Under the pieces are notes generated by a model that worked only from the letters and a program-made list of their open reading frames with translations, searched no databases and was not told the origin of the DNA. Positions 48,933 through 57,555 of a DNA stretch of 64,000 nucleotides are shown one piece after another (position 1 is the first letter of the stretch; each line of letters starts with the position of its first letter). Location of the stretch: NCBI GenBank assembly GCA_963830915.1, contig CAWHOE010000010.1, positions 32,001 to 96,000 of the forward strand, written 5' to 3'. The stretch is from a candidate division FCPU426 bacterium (GTDB taxonomy: Bacteria > Oederibacteriota > Muellerivitia > Muellerivitales > Muellerivitaceae). Both the position numbers and the translations under genes were made by a program.

Positions 48933-51239
48933 ATGTCAGACTCATACTCAAGAAAAGCCAAAAAACTCGTGGCTCGTATGGCCCTGCGGGAGAAAGCCCT
49001 CATCCTCACTGGCGACGGCTGGTGGAACACCTATAAGTTCGAGCGATTGGGTATTCCTTCTATATGTATGACAGATGGGCCCCACGGCCTTCGAAAGGCC
49101 CAGGGCATCGATATCACCGCCAGCGTTCCAGCCACCTGCTTTCCCACCGCCTCAGCCCTGGCCTCCTCCTGGAATACCGAATTGGTGGAAAGGGTAGGTT
49201 CGGCTTTGGGCCGGGAATGCCAGACACACAGTGTGAACCTGATCCTGGGGCCGGGAAACAATATGAAGAGGTCGCCCTTGGGCGGCCGCAATTTCGAGTA
49301 CTTTTCCGAAGACCCCCTCCTGTCCGGAAAGATCGCCGCGTCCCACATCCGGGGCGTGCAAAGCCAAGGGGTGGGCGCCACCCTCAAGCATTTCGCGGCC
49401 AATAACCAGGAACATGAAAGGTTGGGGTCCAGCTCTAATATCGACGAGAGGACCCTGCGTGAGATCTATCTTCGAGCCTTTGAGATCCCTATTCGGGAGG
49501 CCCAACCCTGGGCCGTCATGTGCGCCTATAATCTCATCAACAACGTTTATGTCTCCGAGAACGAGTGGCTTTTGACCAAGGTATTGAGGGAAAGCTGGGG
49601 TTATCATGGTTTTGTGGTTTCCGATTGGGGAGCTGTCAGGGATAGGGTAAAGGGTATCCAGGCGGGACTGAACCTGGAAATGCCGGGGAGCGGTGACTAC
49701 AACTTCAAGAAGATCATTCGGGCGGTTCGATCGAACCGTCTGAGCGCGGCGAAGTTGAACGAATCGGTGACCCAACTCCTGGCGGTCGTGCTCAAGGCTT
49801 GGGACAACCGGCGTCCAGCCGAGCCTTTCACCGAGTCCCGCCACCATCAATTAGCCAGGGAAGCGGCGGGAGAAAGCTTGGTCCTGCTGAAGAACGAGGG
49901 TGTCCTTCCACTGGACCCCCGCAAGGTAAAGACCATCGCTGTCATCGGTGCCTTCGCTAAGTCACCCAGGTACCAGGGGGCTGGAAGTTCCCAGGTCAAT
50001 CCCACCCGGTTGGATATTCCCTATGACGCTTTGGTGAATGGCACTAATGGGAAATGCAAACTCGCTTACGCCCCAGGCTACGACGCCGAGGGGGTGACCT
50101 CCTCCAGATTGTTGACCGAGGCAAGGGCTGTCGCGAAAAAGGCGGATGTGGCTTTGATCTTTGCGGGATTACCAGATAGTTATGAATCCGAAGGGTTCGA
50201 TCGAGCTTCCTTGAACCTGCCTCCCGGACACAATGATCTGATAGAGGCGGTCGCCCAGGTTCAATCCGATGTGGTTGTAGTCTTGATGAACGGCTCGGCC
50301 GTGGTCATGCCGTGGCTGGATCAAGTGAAGGCGGTGTTGGAAGGTTGGCTGGGCGGGCAGGCCTCGGGTGGGGCCATCGCCGACGTTCTCTTGGGTGCGG
50401 TCAATCCATCAGGCAAGCTGGCGGAGACTTTCCCCAAACGATTGGAAGATACCCCGGCTTTTCCCGAATTCCCCGGCCTGAACCATAAGGCCGACTACAA
50501 CGAGGGACTCTTCATCGGGTACCGCCATTACGATAAAAGGAACATCGAACCCCTTTTCCCCTACGGTTTCGGCCTGAGCTATACCACCTTCGCCTATTCG
50601 AATCTAAAAGTCCAAAAGACTACCAAGGGAGTCAAGGTGACTGCGGCCATCAAGAACATTGGAAACTGTTACGGCAAAGAGATCGTACAGGTCTATGTGA
50701 GGGAGTTATTCCCGCCTGTCATTAGACCCGATAGGGAATTGAAAGCTTTCGACAAGGTCGCTTTGAAGCCCAAAGAGTCGAAACAAGTGGAATTCATTTT
50801 GGATGAAAACGCCTTCGCCTATTGGGACATTGTCTCCCATGATTGGATTGTAACGGGTGGGCTATACGAGATAATGGTAGGCAGTTCCTCCCGGGATTTG
50901 AGATTGTCCCAGACCGTGGAGATGAAGGGGAAGCAGGCTTATCCTCAATTGAACGAGGATTCCATGCTGAAGGACTTCTTGAAACACCCAGTGGGCAAAG
51001 CCTATTACCCCACCCTGGCCAAGGCATCCGGTCTGGTCAACGCTATCGGTAAGAGGCCCAAGGGAACCAAACTGTCGGCCCAGGAAAAAGCCAACATCCA
51101 AAAAGCCGAAAAGGCATTGATGTCCTATGTGAACGAGTTACCGGTTAACCGTATCGGAGCATTATCTCTGGGACAATTCACCGACAGGATGTTGGAGGAT
51201 GTTTTGAGAAAGGCCCAAACCCAAAAGCGAAAAGCTTAG
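48933..51239 (+). CDS. GH3 beta-glucosidase (no signal peptide)
   Basis: GGAG RBS; DGPHG, GRNFEYFSEDP, KHFAAN, SDWG nucleophile, ESEGFDR, FGLSYT, Fn3-like domain. Confidence 0.95.
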   Translation: MSDSYSRKAKKLVARMALREKALILTGDGWWNTYKFERLGIPSICMTDGPHGLRKAQGIDITASVPATCFPTASALASSWNTELVERVGSALGRECQTHSVNLILGPGNNMKRSPLGGRNFEYFSEDPLLSGKIAASHIRGVQSQGVGATLKHFAANNQEHERLGSSSNIDERTLREIYLRAFEIPIREAQPWAVMCAYNLINNVYVSENEWLLTKVLRESWGYHGFVVSDWGAVRDRVKGIQAGLNLEMPGSGDYNFKKIIRAVRSNRLSAAKLNESVTQLLAVVLKAWDNRRPAEPFTESRHHQLAREAAGESLVLLKNEGVLPLDPRKVKTIAVIGAFAKSPRYQGAGSSQVNPTRLDIPYDALVNGTNGKCKLAYAPGYDAEGVTSSRLLTEARAVAKKADVALIFAGLPDSYESEGFDRASLNLPPGHNDLIEAVAQVQSDVVVVLMNGSAVVMPWLDQVKAVLEGWLGGQASGGAIADVLLGAVNPSGKLAETFPKRLEDTPAFPEFPGLNHKADYNEGLFIGYRHYDKRNIEPLFPYGFGLSYTTFAYSNLKVQKTTKGVKVTAAIKNIGNCYGKEIVQVYVRELFPPVIRPDRELKAFDKVALKPKESKQVEFILDENAFAYWDIVSHDWIVTGGLYEIMVGSSSRDLRLSQTVEMKGKQAYPQLNEDSMLKDFLKHPVGKAYYPTLAKASGLVNAIGKRPKGTKLSAQEKANIQKAEKALMSYVNELPVNRIGALSLGQFTDRMLEDVLRKAQTQKRKA

Positions 51240-51284
51240 TGAGGATATTGGCGAATTCGACCGAGTTTTTTTCAGCATACGAAT

Positions 51285-51317
51285 GCCGGATCTTGCGAGT
51301 CCGAGATCCGGCTTCTC
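51285..51317. terminator. hairpin between convergent genes
   Basis: GCCGGATCTTG-N6-CGAGATCCGGC. Confidence 0.6.
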
Positions 51318-51339
51318 TGAAATTCAGTATTTATATACC

Positions 51340-52242
51340 TTACGGCATTTCGGGTGCGTAGCTGACGGCCGGGAAAGGGTTGGGAATAGGCCTCTCGACG
51401 AATCCGTAGAAGATGACCACGGCTTGCGAGGGTTGGTACATCCCGGTGTCGTAAGTGAAGGCCACCTGGATCGTTGGGTTTGATTCCCGTTCGCCCATGC
51501 CGGTGCCGGCTTGTTCCTTCGATTTATGGACTTTCACCGCCCGTTCTGGGGCCCCCATCGGGCATTGAGGTACCGCCATCGACTCACAAGCTGGAGCTTC
51601 CAGTGATTTTTCATCACGTTCCGCCCGATAGCCTTCCAACGCCAGGGGACGGTGGGTGTTGTGATAGGAATACTGGGGATGGGCGTCATAGTAAGCGTCC
51701 AGTTCACCCTGGTTCCAGAAGTAGGCCGCCCCGATGACCCCGCAGTTAGCCGCCAGATCCTTGCCCATCCTGTCCCCGCGCCACTTGGCGTAGGACCTGT
51801 GTTTCCCTGTGAAGAAAAAACGCCGGGCCTCCCCGCCGCTCACTTGCCAGCCGGGAATGGTGATGGAACTATAAGGGTCGATCATCCATTTCTGACCGTC
51901 CTCCATGCCGCTTGGCTGGCCCGTGATAGCGTTGAGGCCGTCCACGGTCAGGTTCACCGCGACCCTGACCGGCAGGGGATTATAAAGCCTCACCGAATAA
52001 CGCTCGTCCCGGGCGGCGCTGATATAGGGGTATCCGTCCTTGGACGACTCGGGTTTGAGGCCTTCCAAATCGCTCACGATCTCCATGCGGAATCCGTAAT
52101 TTTGTAACCGGGAAAAATGCGTCAAGCCGTCGTCGTTCACGACCGCGGCCTGGTAATGTACGTCGTAACCCTTGACGGCAGCTTGGGCGAAGGGGGCCGT
52201 CATGGCTAACAGCGCTATCAGCGAAACTTTGGCTAATTTCAT
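51340..52242 (-). CDS. secreted hypothetical protein
   Basis: AGGAG RBS and ATG at 52242; signal peptide ending AQA; VDGLN, IPGW, CGVIGAA, GTGMGER motifs. Confidence 0.75.
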   Translation of the reverse strand: MKLAKVSLIALLAMTAPFAQAAVKGYDVHYQAAVVNDDGLTHFSRLQNYGFRMEIVSDLEGLKPESSKDGYPYISAARDERYSVRLYNPLPVRVAVNLTVDGLNAITGQPSGMEDGQKWMIDPYSSITIPGWQVSGGEARRFFFTGKHRSYAKWRGDRMGKDLAANCGVIGAAYFWNQGELDAYYDAHPQYSYHNTHRPLALEGYRAERDEKSLEAPACESMAVPQCPMGAPERAVKVHKSKEQAGTGMGERESNPTIQVAFTYDTGMYQPSQAVVIFYGFVERPIPNPFPAVSYAPEMP

Positions 52243-52286
52243 GGTGTTTCTCCTGTTCACAAAGGGTGGTAAATCACCTACCCCTA

Positions 52287-52314
52287 TGAGACACAGGCCG
52301 GGGGAAAAAGTTCC
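52287..52314 (-). promoter_or_regulatory. ECF-sigma (RpoE-like) promoter
   Basis: Minus strand GGAACT-N16-GTCTCA, 45 nt upstream of the start codon. Confidence 0.65.
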
Positions 52315-52476
52315 CGGAGTACCAAAGAAAATCCCGTCGGGTCCGTGAAAGGGCTTTCGCGTCACGTTCAACGGGCGTTTTTCGAGGAAATGGATCGAAT
52401 TGCCATGCGCACTTAAAAGGATATGCATAGAATAACGGGCCGCATCAGTTGAAAAATCCTTGAAAGGACAACGAAC

Positions 52477-54249
52477 ATGAAAAAGATCCTCCTCGCGCTA
52501 TATCTTTTATTTCCCGCTCTATCCGCCTGGGCCGGTAACTACAAAAATTTCGAGGTCTCGGTCTATGTCGTCGCCTCCGATGTTGAAAAAATGAAGGACC
52601 GGGTCTGGTTAGAGGCTCAATGGGCCAAGGTGACGGACGGCCTGAAGGTGGACAAGGTCTATCTGGAAACCTACCGGGAAGAGACCAGGAGTGATCAGGA
52701 GGCCATCGACGTTGCCAAGGCCTTCTTCAAGGAAAAGGGCGTCAAGACTGCGGGCGGCATCGCCACCTGCTTCAAGGGTTATCCCGCCTTCATCACTTTG
52801 TGCTACACCGATCCGGCGGATCGAAAGAAACTCCAGGATGTGGTGGAATTCACCGCCAAAAACTTCGATGAGATCATCATGGACGACTTCTTTTTCTACA
52901 ACACTAAGTATCCCTCCGACATCAAGGCCAAGGGAATGAAGACATGGACCCAGTTCCGCCTGGACCAGATGACCGAGGTGGCTAAGAACGTGCTGGTGGG
53001 CCCGGCCAAGAAGGTGAACCCCAAGGTCAAGATGGTCATCAAGTACCCCAATTGGTATGAGCATTTCCCCAATTGCGGCTACAACCTGGAAACCGAACCC
53101 AAGATCTTCGATGGAATCTACACCGGCACCGAGACAAGGGACGGCCCCAACACCGACCAACATCTGCAACAGTACCTAGGTTACGACCTGATGATGTACC
53201 TGGAGAACATCAAACCCGGCGGGAACGGGGGAGGCTGGGTGGATCCTTACGGCTGCAGGGATAAGGAACGCTATGGGGAACAGCTGTGGCTGACCCTTTT
53301 CGCCAAAGCGAAAGAGATCACCCTTTTCAATTTCCACGACATCCAGAGCCCGATGAAGGCCACGGCAAATAGTCCAGTCAAGACAAGCCTTACCGCCTAT
53401 GTGGGAAGCATCTACTCGAAGGTGGATGGTTTCATCGGAAAGTTGGGCAAGCCCATTGGGCTGCTCAGCTATAAACCTTACCAATCTTCGGGCGAGGACT
53501 TTTTGAATGATTACTTGGGAATGATCGGTCTGCCGGTGGAAATGACGCCAAACTACCCTAAGGACGCTTCTGCTATTCTTTTAACTGAATCTGCCAAGTT
53601 CGACCCGAACCTGGTGGATAAAATTAAGGAAAGCCTGCTGGCGGGGCACAAAGTGGTCATTACCTCTGGACTGTTACAGGCTTTGCAAGGGAAAGGTATT
53701 GAGGAGATCGCCGAGATCCAGCGCTACGACCGTAAGGCCCTGGTGAGGGATTTCAACATCACCAAGGGGGCCACTTACAAGGCTGTTGCCGATATCCTCA
53801 TCCCCCAGGTTCGTTACCCTACCAACGATGTTTGGGAAGTTATCACCGCTCCGGTGAAGGGTGTTAGCTATCCTTTGCTTTTGAGGGCACCCTACAACCA
53901 GAGCAATCTTTATGTGTTGACCATTCCGGACAACTTAGCCGACCTTTACAACCTGCCAACAGAGATTTTGGACAAGATCCGTGAGGTGCTGGCGGGTGAC
54001 TTGCCGGTACGCCTGAAGGGACCAAGCCGGGTGGGGCTGTTCGTCTATGACAACAACAGTTTCATTGTGGAGAATTTTGCGGCGCTTGACGGAAAAGCCG
54101 TCTCGACCCAGGTGATAGTGGATGGGAAGATAAAAAGCTTAAAGGACCTTGTGACTGGCAAAACTTTCGTGGGAAAAACCGAAGGGGACAAATCGGTGTT
54201 TAACCTGAGGATCCCGCCAGCGGTCTATAAGGTGTTAATGGCTTTTTAA
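52477..54249 (+). CDS. secreted protein, putative glycoside hydrolase (TIM-barrel-like) of unassigned family
   Basis: AAAGGA RBS; signal peptide; IMDDFFF, KYPNWYE, TGTETR, GGWVD; near the GH3 gene. Confidence 0.6.
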   Translation: MKKILLALYLLFPALSAWAGNYKNFEVSVYVVASDVEKMKDRVWLEAQWAKVTDGLKVDKVYLETYREETRSDQEAIDVAKAFFKEKGVKTAGGIATCFKGYPAFITLCYTDPADRKKLQDVVEFTAKNFDEIIMDDFFFYNTKYPSDIKAKGMKTWTQFRLDQMTEVAKNVLVGPAKKVNPKVKMVIKYPNWYEHFPNCGYNLETEPKIFDGIYTGTETRDGPNTDQHLQQYLGYDLMMYLENIKPGGNGGGWVDPYGCRDKERYGEQLWLTLFAKAKEITLFNFHDIQSPMKATANSPVKTSLTAYVGSIYSKVDGFIGKLGKPIGLLSYKPYQSSGEDFLNDYLGMIGLPVEMTPNYPKDASAILLTESAKFDPNLVDKIKESLLAGHKVVITSGLLQALQGKGIEEIAEIQRYDRKALVRDFNITKGATYKAVADILIPQVRYPTNDVWEVITAPVKGVSYPLLLRAPYNQSNLYVLTIPDNLADLYNLPTEILDKIREVLAGDLPVRLKGPSRVGLFVYDNNSFIVENFAALDGKAVSTQVIVDGKIKSLKDLVTGKTFVGKTEGDKSVFNLRIPPAVYKVLMAF

Positions 54250-54296
54250 CTGACGAACCTAGAGGTTAATCGCTTGACGCATTTATGGCCTGTTAT

Positions 54297-54325
54297 GGAA
54301 CAAACTTGGGATGTGGAACGTCTTA
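54297..54325 (+). promoter_or_regulatory. ECF-sigma-like promoter
   Basis: GGAACA-N17-GTCTTA upstream of the small secreted protein. Confidence 0.55.
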
Positions 54326-54380
54326 TAAGTGCCAGTCAAATGGCAAAAGAGAGTTATCCATTTCGATCAAGGAGAGTTTT

Positions 54381-54701
54381 ATGAATTTGAAGAAAATCGC
54401 TGTGGCGGCTTGTATGTCCGGTATGTTGATGTTGCCGGTATTGGCGAAAGCTGATCAGATCAACTTTTCCATCAATGTAGGGAACGACGATGAGGCCCAT
54501 TTCCATTTCGCGGATAAGACCGTTCAACATCATCCGGATATCTGGAAAGCGGCCATGGCTTTGCAGAACGCGAAGCACAAACTCTGGGAAGCCCGCAAAC
54601 ACACCAATTTCGGCGGTCACGCCGAATCCTCCATCCAAGCCATCAACCTGGCCTTGGACGAATTGCGTCAAGCCGAGGATTTTGCCCGCGCCCATCATTG
54701 A
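54381..54701 (+). CDS. small secreted helical protein
   Basis: AAGGAG RBS; signal peptide ending AKA; HPDI..A...L..A...L...FGGH...AI. Confidence 0.8.
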   Translation: MNLKKIAVAACMSGMLMLPVLAKADQINFSINVGNDDEAHFHFADKTVQHHPDIWKAAMALQNAKHKLWEARKHTNFGGHAESSIQAINLALDELRQAEDFARAHH

Positions 54702-54743
54702 AGAGGGATTTTGGAACGGTTGGTAAATAGCTAGTTGAAAACC

Positions 54744-54772
54744 AAGGGATGTGCCGTATAGCACATCCCTTT
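54744..54772. terminator. intrinsic terminator between convergent genes
   Basis: AAGGGATGTGC-N6-GCACATCCCTT. Confidence 0.8.
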
Positions 54773-54810
54773 ATTGGGCCGAGGGAATACCCATAGCGTT
54801 TATCTGTGAT

Positions 54811-56013
54811 TTAAGGACTGAATATTTTTACCGTGTTATTGTCCACGATGTAAATCTTACCGGAAGGACTCAAGGATAAGTAATCAATAGCGCCCAATGC
54901 GTGTGGCCCGGTGTTCCCCCATTGGCAAAGGTAAGTCCCGGTCGTAGTAAATTCCTCCACCCGCATATTGCTAAAGTCCGTCACATAAACGATTCCCTTC
55001 AAGTCCACGCATACCCCGCAGGACAGGGTGCCGAATTGGCCCGGCCCGTTACCGGGGCATCCTAAATGGCAAAGATAGGTCCCTGTATTTGTGTATTTGT
55101 AAACGCAGGAATTGTTATAGTCCGGAGTGTAAATATTCCCCCAGGTGTCACAGGTAATACCGTCCGGATTGCTCGTGTTGGTATCCCATGAACCTTGGGT
55201 GCTCCAAGAGAGTATGAAATTCCCGTCTGAATCGAATTTTTGGATATTTTGATTGCCAGTATCCACCACGTAAATATTATTCGAGGAGTCGGCTGTGATT
55301 CCGCGGGGTGCGCTGAATTGACTTTGTCCTGAACCGGGAGATCCCCACCAAGTGAGGAATTCACCATCGCTCGAGAATTTTTGTACATTTTCATTGCCGT
55401 CATCAATGGTATAGATGTTATCGGAAGAATCGAGGCAAAGACCCCCGAAGATTGTGAATTGTCCTTGTCCAGTGCCATAGTCTCCCCATTGCTTGATGAA
55501 AGTTCCCCCGCTGGAGAATTTTTGGATTCTGAAATTGGCTGTGTCGGCGACGTAGATATTTCCCATGGAATCGCTGCCAATGCCGTAGGGTGAACCGAAC
55601 TGTCCAGGACCGTTACCGGCCGAACCCCATTGGGTGATGTAAGTGTAGGGTAGAGCTATTGGAATGACCGTTCCGGTGGCCGTCAAGGTCGCGGTGCTAG
55701 TGGAGGTCGAAGTCTGTGTGGAACTCGCGGTGGGAGTATCCGTCGGGGTGTCGGTGAGTGGGGGAGTGGCAGTTGGTGAGGAGGTCGAGGTGGAAGTTGT
55801 TGTACAGGTTTGTGTGTTCGTAGGAGTAAAGGTGAAAACTGGGGTTTTTGTGGCGGTGGAGGTATCGGTGGCCGTGAAATTCACCGTCGCCGTGGGGGTA
55901 AATGTCGGGGTGGGACCCAAAGGCATAGATGGAACGATTACGGTCTTGGAACAACCGCATAAAACAAGACAGCCCAACAAAGACATCGAAAGAAAAAAAG
56001 ATCTCTTTTTCAT
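54811..56013 (-). CDS. NHL-repeat lipoprotein with Thr/Pro stalk
   Basis: GGAG RBS; lipobox LCGC; WGxxGxGxGQFxxPxGI...NIYVxDxxNxRIQKF repeats. Confidence 0.9.
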   Translation of the reverse strand: MKKRSFFLSMSLLGCLVLCGCSKTVIVPSMPLGPTPTFTPTATVNFTATDTSTATKTPVFTFTPTNTQTCTTTSTSTSSPTATPPLTDTPTDTPTASSTQTSTSTSTATLTATGTVIPIALPYTYITQWGSAGNGPGQFGSPYGIGSDSMGNIYVADTANFRIQKFSSGGTFIKQWGDYGTGQGQFTIFGGLCLDSSDNIYTIDDGNENVQKFSSDGEFLTWWGSPGSGQSQFSAPRGITADSSNNIYVVDTGNQNIQKFDSDGNFILSWSTQGSWDTNTSNPDGITCDTWGNIYTPDYNNSCVYKYTNTGTYLCHLGCPGNGPGQFGTLSCGVCVDLKGIVYVTDFSNMRVEEFTTTGTYLCQWGNTGPHALGAIDYLSLSPSGKIYIVDNNTVKIFSP

Positions 56014-56074
56014 TCATAGTCTCCCATAGTTACACACAACATAATGCATGCTAATAATACCGCTTTTCGGTGGT

Positions 56075-57274
56075 TCAAGGTCCGAAGATTTTGACCACCC
56101 CGTTGTCGATGATGTACATCTTGCCCGAGGGACTACAGGTCAGGTAATCGATCATGCCAAGGGTGTGGGTCCCGGTGTTACCCCATTGGCAGAGGTATGT
56201 GCCGTTCGTAGTGAAATCCTCCACCCTTGCGTTGGTGTAATCGGTCACATAGACGATACCGAGCTTATCCACGCACACCCCGCAGGATAAGAGGCCGAAT
56301 TGGCCAGGCCCGGTGCCGTAGCCTCCCCAATGGCATAGACAGTTACCCTTGTTGTCGTACTTGTAAACACAAGTCGTGTTGTAATCCGGGGTATAAAGAT
56401 ATCCCCATTGGTCGCAGGCGATGCCGTCCGGGTTGCTGTTGAATCCATCCCAGGCGCCGCTAGTGGTCCAGATGGTGATGAAATTCCCACTTCCGTCGAA
56501 CTCCTGGATATTGGTATTACCCGTGTCCACCACGTATACGTTGTTCGAAGGATCGCAGGTGATCCCACGTGGCTGATTAAATTGGCCCTGGCCCGACCCG
56601 GGAGTCCCCCACCATGTGACGAAGACCCCGTCGCTGGTGAATTTTTGGACATTCTCATCGCCGTCGTCACAGGTATAGATGTTGTCGTTGGAATCGATAC
56701 ATATGCCCGCCATGATCGAGAATTGGGATTTGCCCGCCCCGTGGGTACCCCATTGCTTGATATAGGTCCCCGTGCTCGAGAATTTTTGGATGCGGTAATT
56801 ATCCCGATCCAGGACGTAGATATTTCCCAAGGAATCGGCGCAGATGCCGTAGGGCGAGCCGATGAACTGTCCCGGTCCGCTTCCCACCGAACCCCATTGG
56901 CTGATATAGGTGAGTGGCTGGGCGTTAGGTGTGTTGGTGCTGGTGACCGTGGGGGTTGAGGTGGCGGTGGAAGTGGAGGAATTGGTCGCCGTAATGGTCG
57001 GGGTATCGGTGGGTTGGATGATCCTGGTCGCTGTGAGGGTCGGGCTATTGGTGAGGGTGGGCGTGAAGACGGGTGTGAAGGAATTGGTCGGCGTATTGAC
57101 CGGGGTTTTGGTAGGGGTAGAGGAGGCGGTCGCTGTGAAGATGGATGTCGCCGTGGGTGTGTCGGTCAAGATAAGGGAGGCGGGATTGGTGGGAACGTTG
57201 TAGGTCTTGGAACAGCCAAAAAAGGTCAGGGAACTTGCCAATACGACATACAGGAAATACCGGTTATTACTCAT
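56075..57274 (-). CDS. NHL-repeat lipoprotein with Thr/Pro stalk (tandem paralog)
   Basis: GGAGGTG RBS; lipobox FFGC; same NHL repeat pattern. Confidence 0.9.
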   Translation of the reverse strand: MSNNRYFLYVVLASSLTFFGCSKTYNVPTNPASLILTDTPTATSIFTATASSTPTKTPVNTPTNSFTPVFTPTLTNSPTLTATRIIQPTDTPTITATNSSTSTATSTPTVTSTNTPNAQPLTYISQWGSVGSGPGQFIGSPYGICADSLGNIYVLDRDNYRIQKFSSTGTYIKQWGTHGAGKSQFSIMAGICIDSNDNIYTCDDGDENVQKFTSDGVFVTWWGTPGSGQGQFNQPRGITCDPSNNVYVVDTGNTNIQEFDGSGNFITIWTTSGAWDGFNSNPDGIACDQWGYLYTPDYNTTCVYKYDNKGNCLCHWGGYGTGPGQFGLLSCGVCVDKLGIVYVTDYTNARVEDFTTNGTYLCQWGNTGTHTLGMIDYLTCSPSGKMYIIDNGVVKIFGP

Positions 57275-57555
57275 TGATCACCTCCGGATAAAGAAGCCCC
57301 GTGATTCATTTGAACGATATTCCCGTTATTTTGCATAGTCTGCGCCACATTTAAGTCTTTAGGAAAAAAGGTCTTTTCCGCCTTGGGGAGAGGCACGAAG
57401 GCCCTTTGAAAAGCCCGTCTTTCGCCAAAAAACCAGCTTTCGGAACTATCGAATTCTTGACTGGTAACGCATGGGTTGGTCTCCGGGAATCGTTGTTCTA
57501 TACCTTCTAGACGGGGATATCCGGAAATAATTCCAAGTTTTTTAAAAGAAAATAG

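Noticed and set aside
57446..57472. Minus-strand mini-ORF MRYQSRIR with a GGAG RBS upstream of the NHL genes
   Set aside because: Eight codons with no amino-acid bias or clear attenuator structure.
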